The notes beneath the pieces were generated by a model that was not told the DNA's origin, did not search any database, and saw only the letters and a list, made by a program, of their open reading frames with translations. From sequence record SRR20825010_6612: a stretch of DNA of 64,000 nt, one strand, 5' to 3'. Positions 55,634 through 64,000 of this stretch are shown piece after piece. A program made the translations under genes and the position numbers. Position 1 is the first letter of the stretch. Each line of letters opens with the position of its first letter.

Positions 55634-56070
55634 TGACGAATTACGACAAACTTTTTCAGCGCGATTTAGATCGACTCAAGTCCGAACTAAGTGCATTTTC
55701 AAACGAAGAAAACCTTTGGAAACTCGAAGGTCAAGTAAATAACTCGGCTGGAAATCTTGCCCTACATCTTTGCGGAAACCTGCAACATTTTGTGGGGCAT
55801 ATTTTGGGAAAAACGGATTACATTCGAAATCGGCCATTTGAATTTGAAGGAAAACTTTCTTTAGTCGAAATCCTAGAGGAAATAGACCGAACCAAACAAA
55901 CGTTATCTCAAACTTTCGCCAATTTAACCTCGTCAGACTTTGAGTCGGAATATCCAATTCAGGTGTTTGGCGAGCCAATGACAGTTGATTTTTTCATTCT
56001 GCACCTCTCCGGACATTTGAATTATCACCTTGGTCAAATCTCTTATTTTAGAAGATTATTAGATGTCTGA
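55633..56070 (+). CDS. DinB/DUF1572 family protein
   Basis: NSAGNLALHLCGNL and HLSGHLNYHLGQI His motifs; TAATG overlap with the upstream gene. Confidence 0.88.
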   Translation: MTNYDKLFQRDLDRLKSELSAFSNEENLWKLEGQVNNSAGNLALHLCGNLQHFVGHILGKTDYIRNRPFEFEGKLSLVEILEEIDRTKQTLSQTFANLTSSDFESEYPIQVFGEPMTVDFFILHLSGHLNYHLGQISYFRRLLDV

Positions 56071-56123
56071 TTTTTTTTCAAGATTGACACTCAGAAATCA
56101 ACTTTTTGACTAACTTAAATAAG

Positions 56124-58409
56124 ATGTCAGAAAAAAGTACCACAGAAATAGCCGATTTTACCGAGCGATTTATCAACCAAACGAGCAGAAGCATTTTCTT
56201 AACTGGAAAAGCGGGAACGGGTAAAACGACCTTACTTCGGAAGATTGTTGAATCGACACACAAACAAACGGTGATTGTTGCTCCAACTGGAATTGCAGCA
56301 CTGAATGCTGGTGGTGTAACAATTCACTCCTTCTTTCAACTTCCGTTTGGCGGATTTCTCCCTGATTTTAATGCGGAACCAACATTTTCTGGTCAGGTAA
56401 AGCTAGAATCAAAGTCTACTCTGCTCCGACATTTTAAAATGAATAGCACGCGACGAACACTAATTCGGAACCTGGAGTTGCTAATCATTGACGAAGTAAG
56501 TATGCTGCGTTGTGATCTTTTGGACGCAATCGACTGGTCGCTCCGAAACGTTCGAAAAATCAATGAACCTTACGGCGGAGTTCAGGTTTTATTTATTGGC
56601 GATTTAATGCAACTTCCACCTGTAGTAAAGCCAGAAGAATGGAACTATTTGCGGAACTACTACCAAGGAATGTTTTTCTTTCATGCACATTCGGTGCAAC
56701 AAGCAGATCCTATTTATTTAGAATTGCAGAAAGTGTATCGACAATCGGACGAAACCTTCTTGGAGATTCTCAACAACTTAAGAGAAAACAAAATTACCGC
56801 CTCAGATATTGAAGTACTCAATAGCCACGTGAAAAAGGATTTCAAACCTGAAGATCACGAAGAATACATTACGTTAACTACGCACAACGCGGATGCAGAT
56901 CGCATCAATCAAAATGCGTTGAATAGACTGGAAGGAAAGTCCGTCTTTTTTGAAGCCGAAGTTAAAGGGAATTTCCCCGACTACCTCTCGCCTATTGATG
57001 CTTCATTAGAATTAAAGATTGGCGCCCAAGTCATGTTTATCAAGAATGATATTTCCTACGAAAAGAATTTCTACAATGGGAAAATGGGGCAAATTGTTTC
57101 CCTCGATGAAGATGAAATAAAAGTCCGCTTCGCAAAGGAAAAAAAGACCATTTCCGTTGATCGCTACGAATGGGAGAATATCCAATACACGCTGAATCCC
57201 GCTACGAGCGAAGTTGAGCAAAAAACACTCGGGACATTTGTTCATTTTCCGTTAAAGTTGGCATGGGCGATTACAGTTCATAAAAGTCAAGGACTCACCT
57301 TTGAGAAAGCAGTCATCGATGTTTCAAAAGTATTTGCTCCGGGACAATCGTATGTTGCTCTTTCTCGTTTGCGTTCGCTGGACGGACTCGTTTTACTGAA
57401 TCCAATTCGTCAGAATGGATTGCATATCAGTGAAGATGTTGCCGATTATGCGACGTCCAAAAATGAATTGCCCGATTTAGGAACCGCACTTCAAGATGAA
57501 ACGAACAAATACTTGAATCAAACGCTAGTCAGAGCATTTGATTGGGTTGACCTAATGGATAAATGGAAAAGCCATGAAGTCACGTATAAAGATCACGGTT
57601 CAAAATCTCAGAAAGGAAAAAACCGAACTTGGATAACGCAACAAGTTCAAATTTTGAGTGGGATGATCGACGCTTCAAGAAAGTTTCGAAATCAGTTGAA
57701 TAAACTGTTCAATGGACAAAAAGTCGATCTTAACCATGTCGTTGAACGAACGAATGCCGCTTATGATTATTTCTTCAAATCATTCGATAATGTATTGCAC
57801 TCAAACCTTCGAAAGATGGCCGAATTGCAGCAACAAAGAAATACTACACAATATAATTCCGAACTCGAGGAATTAGATGAACTCACAACGGAGGCGATTC
57901 TTCGGCTAAAACGAGGAAAAAGACTCATAGAATCTGCAGCGCAAGGAATTTCCTTCGCGAAGGATCAATTGTGGTCAGAAGAAATTCAAAAATATAAAAT
58001 CGCCAAAGTCGCCTTGGTTAAGCAAGAAATGAGAGCCAGTAACTCTAGTTTCGACTTCGATACCGATTTCATTCAACTCAAAACGAAAACGACCAAAAAG
58101 AAAGAGAAAAAAGAAAAGAAACTCACTACTTACGAGCGTACATTAGAAATGATTCGAGACGGACTCAGCATCGAATCAATCGCACAGGAGAGACAACTCG
58201 GAGAAAGCACCATTTACAATCATTGTGAACGACTGATTAAATCCGAGAAAATTGAGCTTCGCGACGTAATGCCTGCAAAACGAATTAATGAATTGAGCGA
58301 TGTTTTTGATGACTTCGAAGGCGAATCACTCACTCCGTTAAAGGAAAAAGTAGGTGAATTGTTCTCTTGGGAAGAATTGAAATTGTATCGAGCATCGTTG
58401 CTCTTTTAA
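56124..58409 (+). CDS. Pif1/RecD-like SF1B helicase with C-terminal helix-turn-helix
   Basis: GKAGTGKT, APTGIAA, IIDEVSM, GDLMQLPPV, AITVHKSQG and YVALSR motifs; C-terminal IAQERQLGESTIYNH HTH. Confidence 0.92.
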   Translation: MSEKSTTEIADFTERFINQTSRSIFLTGKAGTGKTTLLRKIVESTHKQTVIVAPTGIAALNAGGVTIHSFFQLPFGGFLPDFNAEPTFSGQVKLESKSTLLRHFKMNSTRRTLIRNLELLIIDEVSMLRCDLLDAIDWSLRNVRKINEPYGGVQVLFIGDLMQLPPVVKPEEWNYLRNYYQGMFFFHAHSVQQADPIYLELQKVYRQSDETFLEILNNLRENKITASDIEVLNSHVKKDFKPEDHEEYITLTTHNADADRINQNALNRLEGKSVFFEAEVKGNFPDYLSPIDASLELKIGAQVMFIKNDISYEKNFYNGKMGQIVSLDEDEIKVRFAKEKKTISVDRYEWENIQYTLNPATSEVEQKTLGTFVHFPLKLAWAITVHKSQGLTFEKAVIDVSKVFAPGQSYVALSRLRSLDGLVLLNPIRQNGLHISEDVADYATSKNELPDLGTALQDETNKYLNQTLVRAFDWVDLMDKWKSHEVTYKDHGSKSQKGKNRTWITQQVQILSGMIDASRKFRNQLNKLFNGQKVDLNHVVERTNAAYDYFFKSFDNVLHSNLRKMAELQQQRNTTQYNSELEELDELTTEAILRLKRGKRLIESAAQGISFAKDQLWSEEIQKYKIAKVALVKQEMRASNSSFDFDTDFIQLKTKTTKKKEKKEKKLTTYERTLEMIRDGLSIESIAQERQLGESTIYNHCERLIKSEKIELRDVMPAKRINELSDVFDDFEGESLTPLKEKVGELFSWEELKLYRASLLF

Positions 58410-58461
58410 GCTCGTAAATACCGAAAGTGCCTATTATCAATTAGTTCACTAACTTTCAAAT

Positions 58462-59001
58462 ATGAAAAAAGCCAAAGACTCTTTGCTGCTCGCGATGATT
58501 TTTTCATTCGTTCCAAGCTTTTTCGGGCAAGTCAACTCAATTGGTAGTTCAGACCATTCAAGTTACCTCATGTTTCCGAATCATCATCCTAAACGTCATT
58601 CACTAAACATTGAATTTCTCGGTGCAGGAGGCTTGGGGTCAATCAATTATGAAAGTCAGTTCGCACGTACGGAAAATCATCGTTGGATGTATCGCGTTGG
58701 AATCGGCGGTTCGTACATTGATAAAAACAACGGAGCCATTCTTATCTTCCCACTGTTGACACATTTCATCTACGGAAAGAAAAAGCACTATTTAGATTTA
58801 TCAGCAGGAATTGCTCCTTCGTTCACCACTCACTTAAACTGGTTCGTACGCGCACCACTTGGTATCGGTTATCGATTTGAGCATTGGAATAAACGTTTGT
58901 ACTATCGCGTTTCTTATACCCCATTGGTTTCATTTCTATTGGATTTTCAATATGAACATTGGGCTGGCGCAACTGTTGGTTATCACTTTAAATGGCGTTA
59001 A
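58462..59001 (+). CDS. Hypothetical outer-membrane beta-barrel-like protein
   Basis: Signal peptide, alternating aromatic strands (GSINYE, GIGYRF), C-terminal VGYHFKWR. Confidence 0.7.
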   Translation: MKKAKDSLLLAMIFSFVPSFFGQVNSIGSSDHSSYLMFPNHHPKRHSLNIEFLGAGGLGSINYESQFARTENHRWMYRVGIGGSYIDKNNGAILIFPLLTHFIYGKKKHYLDLSAGIAPSFTTHLNWFVRAPLGIGYRFEHWNKRLYYRVSYTPLVSFLLDFQYEHWAGATVGYHFKWR

Positions 59002-59002
59002 T

Positions 59003-59755
59003 ATGAAAACAATCTTGGTGATTTTTATCGCATTCGCACTCACATCTTGCTTCAAAAAGAAATTTGCAGGTCCAAACAGCTATGAAGATGGCTTTGAAAA
59101 CACTTCAAATTTCGATGGTTTATTCTCTACAGAAAATGGATGGAATTTCTCACAAATAACAAAGTCAAATTCACTTATTTCTGTTGTCGATACTTTCGCT
59201 CACTCTGGCGCAAAATGTCTGCGGTTCAATGCAGAAATCAGTACAGATGAATTATTGAGTAAGTGCAGCCTCGTTAAGCAGAAAATGGCTTTCTATGAAG
59301 GCGAAACCGTTGTCACGAGTGCTTGGTATTACATCGAAGGAAATGCAAATTTAGATTGGCTCTTTTTAATGGACTTAGAAGAGCAGACAGCTATCGGAGC
59401 TGGGCCTGGGTTAAGACTTGCTATATTGAACAATAAAATTCTCTTGAATAGTAAGTATCTAGCGGACAATACCACCCAATCTGAAGAAAGTGGTATTCAA
59501 GTTCCCAGAAATGAATGGTTCAAACTAACTTTTGAAGTAAAACTCGATAAACGTAAAAAAGGCTGGGCGAAAGTGTATCAAAACGATCAACTCATTATTG
59601 AGCGAACAAATTTCAGAAGTTTACCGAGCGATCGTATCTATAATCTTCAGGGAACAAAAGGAATGTACACTAGTATTGAAATTGGCGCCACAGCAAATTC
59701 ATACCAGAATCCCGTTGTGGTTTACGTGGATGATTTTTCGATAAAGACACTCTAA
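59003..59755 (+). CDS. Polysaccharide-lyase-like (jelly-roll) lipoprotein
   Basis: Lipobox LTSC; YEDGFE, AHSG..CLRF, VPRNEWF, IEIG and VYVDDF motifs. Confidence 0.65.
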   Translation: MKTILVIFIAFALTSCFKKKFAGPNSYEDGFENTSNFDGLFSTENGWNFSQITKSNSLISVVDTFAHSGAKCLRFNAEISTDELLSKCSLVKQKMAFYEGETVVTSAWYYIEGNANLDWLFLMDLEEQTAIGAGPGLRLAILNNKILLNSKYLADNTTQSEESGIQVPRNEWFKLTFEVKLDKRKKGWAKVYQNDQLIIERTNFRSLPSDRIYNLQGTKGMYTSIEIGATANSYQNPVVVYVDDFSIKTL

Positions 59756-59851
59756 AAAAAATAGATTCTCCGAATTTAATTCGCTGATATGATCAAAAAC
59801 GAGTCTTTAGTTTATTTTAAGTAGTTTCGCACCCTCGAAATTCAAAAATCT

Positions 59852-60262
59852 ATGGAAAAGTCGATTATTGGTAGACATGAAATTGTTCATTTACACCACG
59901 TTTCGTTAAAAGAAATAGCTGCAAAGGTGGATACCGGTGCGTACACTTCTGCCATTCATTGTTCAAAAATTGAAAAATTGGAGAATGGTCAGGTCGGTTG
60001 TATATTCTTAGACCCGTCGCATCCCGCCTATACAGGGGAGGTAGAATCCTTCGACATAGTTAAAGAGGTAAAAGTGAAAAGTTCGAATGGTTTTCACGAG
60101 GAACGAATTATGATTCGCACTCAAATGGACATTCAAGGTACTGAATTTGACATTTTATTAACATTGACAAATAGAAAAGACATGAAATTCCCCGTACTTT
60201 TAGGCCGAAGATTCCTTCGAGGGAAATTCTTAGTAGATGTCTCAAAATCAATACAGTTATAG
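59852..60262 (+). CDS. RimK-associated retropepsin-like protease (RimB-like, 'ATP-dependent zinc protease' family)
   Basis: AKVDTGAYTSAIH, VKSSNG and LTNR..MKFPVLLGRRFL motifs; directly upstream of rimK. Confidence 0.9.
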   Translation: MEKSIIGRHEIVHLHHVSLKEIAAKVDTGAYTSAIHCSKIEKLENGQVGCIFLDPSHPAYTGEVESFDIVKEVKVKSSNGFHEERIMIRTQMDIQGTEFDILLTLTNRKDMKFPVLLGRRFLRGKFLVDVSKSIQL

Positions 60263-60275
60263 TTATTAGTTGCTA

Positions 60276-61160
60276 ATGAAAATTATTATTCTCTCACGGA
60301 ATCCAAAACTTTATTCTACTCTACGCTTGAAAGAAGCTGGTGAGCAGCGCAATCATGAAATGTTGATTGTAGATCACACAAAATGCGATATCGTGATTGA
60401 ACGACGCAAACCAAAAGTGTTCTATAAAGGTGAAGAATTGAAGAACATTGATGCCGTGATCCCTAGAATCGGTGCATCAGTTACATTCTACGGAACCGCA
60501 GTTGTTCGACAATTCGAAATGATGAAAGTGTTCTCTGCTATCGAATCTCAAGCGCTAGTTCGTTCACGTGATAAACTGCGTGCTTTACAGATTCTATCGA
60601 GAGCAGGACTTGGAATGCCGAAAACTGCTTTTACGAACTTTTCAAAAGAAGCAAGTCGGATTATATCTCAAGTAGGTGGCGCTCCGTGTATCATCAAACT
60701 TTTGGAAGGAACGCAAGGGAATGGTGTTTTATTGGCTGATACCCAAAGTGCGGCTGAGTCTGTACTAGAGGCATTTCAAGGACTCCAAGCGAGAGTAATG
60801 GTTCAAGAATTTATCGAAGAATCGAAAGGAGCAGACATTCGTGCGTTTGTTGTAGATGGCGTGATTGTCGGAGCAATGAAACGACAAGCAAAAGAAGGTG
60901 AATTTCGCTCGAACTTGCATCGTGGAGGTAGCGCAACGATAATTGAATTGACTGAACAGGAAGAAAATGCTGCACTAAAAGCTGCAAACGCTCTCAAGCT
61001 TGGAATTGCTGGAGTTGATATGCTTCAATCTTCGCGTGGACCGTTAATTATGGAGGTTAACTCTTCACCTGGACTGGAAGGAATTGAAGGTGCAACAGGA
61101 AAAGATATCGCTAAAGCGATTATTCGATACGTTGAGAGAAACGTGGATACTGACGATTGA
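60276..61160 (+). CDS. rimK: Ribosomal protein S6--L-glutamate ligase
   Basis: [41 protein letters not shown] and [12 protein letters not shown] motifs. Confidence 0.96.
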   Translation: MKIIILSRNPKLYSTLRLKEAGEQRNHEMLIVDHTKCDIVIERRKPKVFYKGEELKNIDAVIPRIGASVTFYGTAVVRQFEMMKVFSAIESQALVRSRDKLRALQILSRAGLGMPKTAFTNFSKEASRIISQVGGAPCIIKLLEGTQGNGVLLADTQSAAESVLEAFQGLQARVMVQEFIEESKGADIRAFVVDGVIVGAMKRQAKEGEFRSNLHRGGSATIIELTEQEENAALKAANALKLGIAGVDMLQSSRGPLIMEVNSSPGLEGIEGATGKDIAKAIIRYVERNVDTDD

Positions 61161-61173
61161 TCGTGTTTTTGGA

Positions 61174-61324
61174 GTTATCACGGATTAGAAATCCGCGATA
61201 ACTTTATTCCCTTTTCGCGATAACCTTGTTACTTTTCCCTGATAACTTTATTCCTTTTCCGCGACAACTTTATATGGTGGTGCGGTTGTAGATTGGTTGG
61301 CGTGGATTTTTAATCCGTGACAAC
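61174..61324. repeat. REPIN-like element: two inverted 29-bp palindromes enclosing about 3.6 tandem 22-bp repeats
   Basis: gttatcacggattagaaatccgcgataac (61174-61202) matches the reverse complement of 61296-61324 at 24/29 positions; 22-bp units start at 61194, 61216, 61238 and 61260. Confidence 0.8.
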
Positions 61325-61355
61325 AACAAATCGACCTTAATAAACAAAGAATCCC

Positions 61356-61363
61356 TATCTTTG
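61356..61363 (+). promoter_or_regulatory. Sigma-A -7 box (TATCTTTG) for cca
   Basis: TAnnTTTG 8 nt upstream of the ATG at 61372. Confidence 0.6.
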
Positions 61364-61371
61364 CCGTCGCT

Positions 61372-62799
61372 ATGAGTACAAATTTAAGTCAGCATCTTAC
61401 CCATCCCGTTTTCAAAGTCGCTTGTCAAGTTGTCACAGAACTTAACTTGGAAGCTTATGTAATTGGTGGCTTCGTACGTGACTTATTGCTCGAACGTCCT
61501 TCAAAGGATATAGACATTGTAGTCATTGGAAACGGAATGGATCTTGCGAAAGCATGTGCAGAAAAACTGCGCGTCAAGAAAGTATCCCTATTTGAAAATT
61601 TTGGAACGGCTCAATTCAAGTACAAAGATCTCGAAGTAGAGTTTGTTGGAGCACGGAAAGAATCATATCGTCGCGACTCGCGAAAACCAATTGTTGAGAA
61701 CGGAACCCTTGCGGATGATCAAAATCGCCGTGATTTTACCATAAATGCCTTGGCAATAAGTCTCCACAAAGACAATTTCGGAGAACTCATTGATCCTTTT
61801 GACGGATTAGCGGATCTTGAAAACGAAGTGATTCGTACCCCACTCGATCCAGACACGACATATAGTGACGATCCGCTTAGAATGATGCGCGCAATTCGAT
61901 TTGCTTCGCAGCTCAATTTTAAGATTGAACGAAAAAGTTTAGAGTCCATCGCAAATAATGCAAGTCGCTTGGAAATTATTTCTCGGGAACGCATTAGTGA
62001 CGAATTGAATAAAATAATCCTCAGCGACACTCCTTCGAGAGGTTTCAAATTGTTGTATTCTACAAAACTTCTGCATGAATTCTTCCCAGAAATGGTTGCG
62101 CTTTATGGCGTTGACACACGAAAAGGAAAATCTCATAAGGACAATTTTTATCATACATTAGAAGTCTTGGATAATATTTCCGAAAACACAACTGATTTAT
62201 GGTTGAGATGGGCTGCGATCATGCACGATATTGCCAAGCCTCCGACGAAACGCTTTGATGAGCGTGTTGGTTGGACATTTCACGGGCATGAAGACTTGGG
62301 ATCGAGAATGGTTCCAAAAATATTCGCGCGTTTGAAACTTCCCTTGGATGCAAAAATGAAGTATGTTCAAAAACTAGTTCGCCTTCACCTTCGTCCGATT
62401 GCACTCGTAAAAGGTTTTGTTTCGGATTCAGCAGTGAGACGACTCTTGTTTGAAGCAGGCGATGACGTTGATGATTTAATGACGCTTTGTAATGCAGACA
62501 TTACTTCTAAGAACGAATTCAAAGTAAAAAAGTACAAGAATAACTTCCAGATGGTTAAGGAAAAATTGCTCGCCGTAGAAGAAAAAGATCGCATAAGAAA
62601 TTTCCAACCTCCAGTGAGTGGAGAAACGATTATGAAAACCTTCAACTTAAGACCTTGTGCAGAAGTTGGAACAATAAAAATGCGAATCAAGGAAGCTATT
62701 CTCGAAGGTGACATTCAAAACAACCCAGAAGAGGCATTTGCATTCATGCTCACTATTGGCACGGAAATGGGACTGACCGCGACCAGTAAATCATTGTGA
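61372..62799 (+). CDS. cca: CCA tRNA nucleotidyltransferase with HD domain
   Basis: IGGFVRD, DIDI, RRDFTINA, DDPLRMMRAIRF, SRERI and HDIAKP motifs. Confidence 0.93.
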   Translation: MSTNLSQHLTHPVFKVACQVVTELNLEAYVIGGFVRDLLLERPSKDIDIVVIGNGMDLAKACAEKLRVKKVSLFENFGTAQFKYKDLEVEFVGARKESYRRDSRKPIVENGTLADDQNRRDFTINALAISLHKDNFGELIDPFDGLADLENEVIRTPLDPDTTYSDDPLRMMRAIRFASQLNFKIERKSLESIANNASRLEIISRERISDELNKIILSDTPSRGFKLLYSTKLLHEFFPEMVALYGVDTRKGKSHKDNFYHTLEVLDNISENTTDLWLRWAAIMHDIAKPPTKRFDERVGWTFHGHEDLGSRMVPKIFARLKLPLDAKMKYVQKLVRLHLRPIALVKGFVSDSAVRRLLFEAGDDVDDLMTLCNADITSKNEFKVKKYKNNFQMVKEKLLAVEEKDRIRNFQPPVSGETIMKTFNLRPCAEVGTIKMRIKEAILEGDIQNNPEEAFAFMLTIGTEMGLTATSKSL

Positions 62800-62844
62800 T
62801 AACACAATTTATTTCAATACTTTTGCATACTTAATTAAGAATCA

Positions 62845-63372
62845 ATGGCCGGATTAAAATTCAGAATACTCCTCGATTCGAGCGATAAGACCGAAGTTTT
62901 TCGAGATATCCTCATTTCAGACGAAGAGAATTTTGAAACATTTTATAAAGAAATTCTAAATGCGTATCAGTTCTCTGAGGAGCAGATGGCGTCTTTCTAC
63001 ATTTCAAATGATAATTGGGATAAAGGCCACGAAATAAGTCTTTTTGACATGTCATTTGGAGAAGATCCAGATCAGATTTTGCCTGGCGTGATGAATAGTT
63101 CGCTCATCAAGCACTTTATTCAAGAACCAGATCAAAAAATAATTCTCGTACACGATTTCCTTCGTATGTGGATTTTCCTGATCGAATTAATTGGTTTTGA
63201 AAAGACAGATCCAGAGCGTGCAAAAGTGATCCTTAGCGTTGGAAATTCCCCGTCAGAATCTTCAAGATCTGCAGAAGGCGAAGATCTTAGTTTTGAAACA
63301 GAATCAGACGAAGATGAGGAAGAAGATGAATTCGGCTTCGGTGATTTCGAGGATGATTACGACGATTACTAA
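62845..63372 (+). CDS. Plasmid pRiA4b ORF-3 / IS1096 TnpR-like family protein (chromosomal Bacteroidota type)
   Basis: VFRDI.I, MASFY.SNDNWDKG.EI and HDFLRMW.F.IEL motifs; very acidic tail. Confidence 0.75.
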   Translation: MAGLKFRILLDSSDKTEVFRDILISDEENFETFYKEILNAYQFSEEQMASFYISNDNWDKGHEISLFDMSFGEDPDQILPGVMNSSLIKHFIQEPDQKIILVHDFLRMWIFLIELIGFEKTDPERAKVILSVGNSPSESSRSAEGEDLSFETESDEDEEEDEFGFGDFEDDYDDY

Positions 63373-63375
63373 ATC

Positions 63376-64000
63376 ATGCAAAAAAACGATCCTCTAGGAC
63401 AAGCAATCATAGACTTTGCAAATCACGGTAAAGCGCAAGACATTATCGTTTCTTCCGACCTCTGTGAAGATGATATTATTCCCGTAGATTACCTCTTCCG
63501 TTCGTATTCAGAAATGCCGAAAATGGAACAAGTTGCTCTTGCTCATTGCGCAGGAAAAATTTTGGACGTCGGCTCGGGAAGTGGAATTCATGCCCGCTAT
63601 TTGAAAGAACAAGGAAAAGAAGTTCATTGTATTGACATTAGCGCAGGCGCGACTGAATATGCTAAAAAACTTGGGCTCGATGCACGTCAAATGGATTTTT
63701 TCGATCTAAAAGACGAATCCTTCGACACTCTACTATTTATGATGAACGGAATCGGAATTGCTGGATCGCTGGCAAATTTGGATAAAACGTTGATTCACGC
63801 CAAATCCATCCTAAATGCTGGTGGACAAATCCTCTGCGATTCTACGGATATTAAATATTTATACGAAGACGAAGAAGGCGGAATGTGGGTAGATCTAAAT
63901 ACGGAATACTACGGAAATTTCAACTTTCAAATGAAATATGAAGATCACGAAACACCTTGGTTCAATTGGTTATATGTTGATGCTGAATCTCTCGAGAAAT
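63376..64000 (+). CDS. Class I SAM-dependent methyltransferase (3' partial)
   Basis: Read from the sequence: MQKNDPLGQA...KILDVGSGSG...CIDIS...FDTLLFMMNGIGI...WFNWLYVD; no stop before the window end. Confidence 0.9.
   Translation, partial: MQKNDPLGQAIIDFANHGKAQDIIVSSDLCEDDIIPVDYLFRSYSEMPKMEQVALAHCAGKILDVGSGSGIHARYLKEQGKEVHCIDISAGATEYAKKLGLDARQMDFFDLKDESFDTLLFMMNGIGIAGSLANLDKTLIHAKSILNAGGQILCDSTDIKYLYEDEEGGMWVDLNTEYYGNFNFQMKYEDHETPWFNWLYVDAESLEK

Noticed and set aside
51174-58409. Anti-phage defence island (AAA ATPase + helicase)
   Set aside because: No nuclease or effector domain is recognisable. The Pif1-like helicase with HTH and the intervening enzymes look like common Bacteroidota chromosomal genes.
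61194-61273. Possible mini-CRISPR array
   Set aside because: The 22-bp units are directly adjacent with no unique spacers, and there are no cas genes in the window.
62845-63372. Mobile element implied by the IS1096 TnpR / pRiA4b ORF-3-like family name
   Set aside because: There is no transposase, terminal inverted repeat or target duplication, and the gene sits in a housekeeping context after cca.

Overview
This is a gene-dense, AT-rich chromosomal window from a Bacteroidota genome. Evidence: TAnnTTTG -7 promoter boxes, T9SS-sorted cargo proteins and no clear Shine-Dalgarno motifs; a Flavobacteriales / Crocinitomicaceae-like lineage is my inference. It holds about 50 CDSs. Housekeeping genes include hemE, ung, lolA, a fused 2-oxoacid dehydrogenase E1, gdhA, a nucleoside phosphorylase, cutC, icmF, rimK with its partner protease, and cca. 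There are also a TonB-dependent receptor, a GH20 hexosaminidase, three T9SS cargo proteins and a MazEF-type toxin-antitoxin pair. I found no rRNA, tRNA, CRISPR array, transposase or prophage. The most notable observations are: (i) an accessory block at 42.6-48.5 kb containing a signal peptidase I homologue with both catalytic residues substituted, two tandem paralogous membrane proteins and an apparent YfgM-like TPR + PpiD-like chaperone fusion; (ii) an unannotated 37-aa ORF with its own sigma54-like promoter and terminator (48655-48768); (iii) a PPP-tailed membrane protein directly upstream of the TonB receptor, a possible leader or stalling regulator; (iv) a REPIN-like inverted hairpin pair enclosing 22-bp tandem repeats (61174-61324); (v) a tightly coupled operon of a double CbbX-type AAA+ ATPase, a PLP enzyme, a Dph6-like ATP pyrophosphatase and a DinB protein. 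All family assignments come from motif recognition by eye, not database searches.
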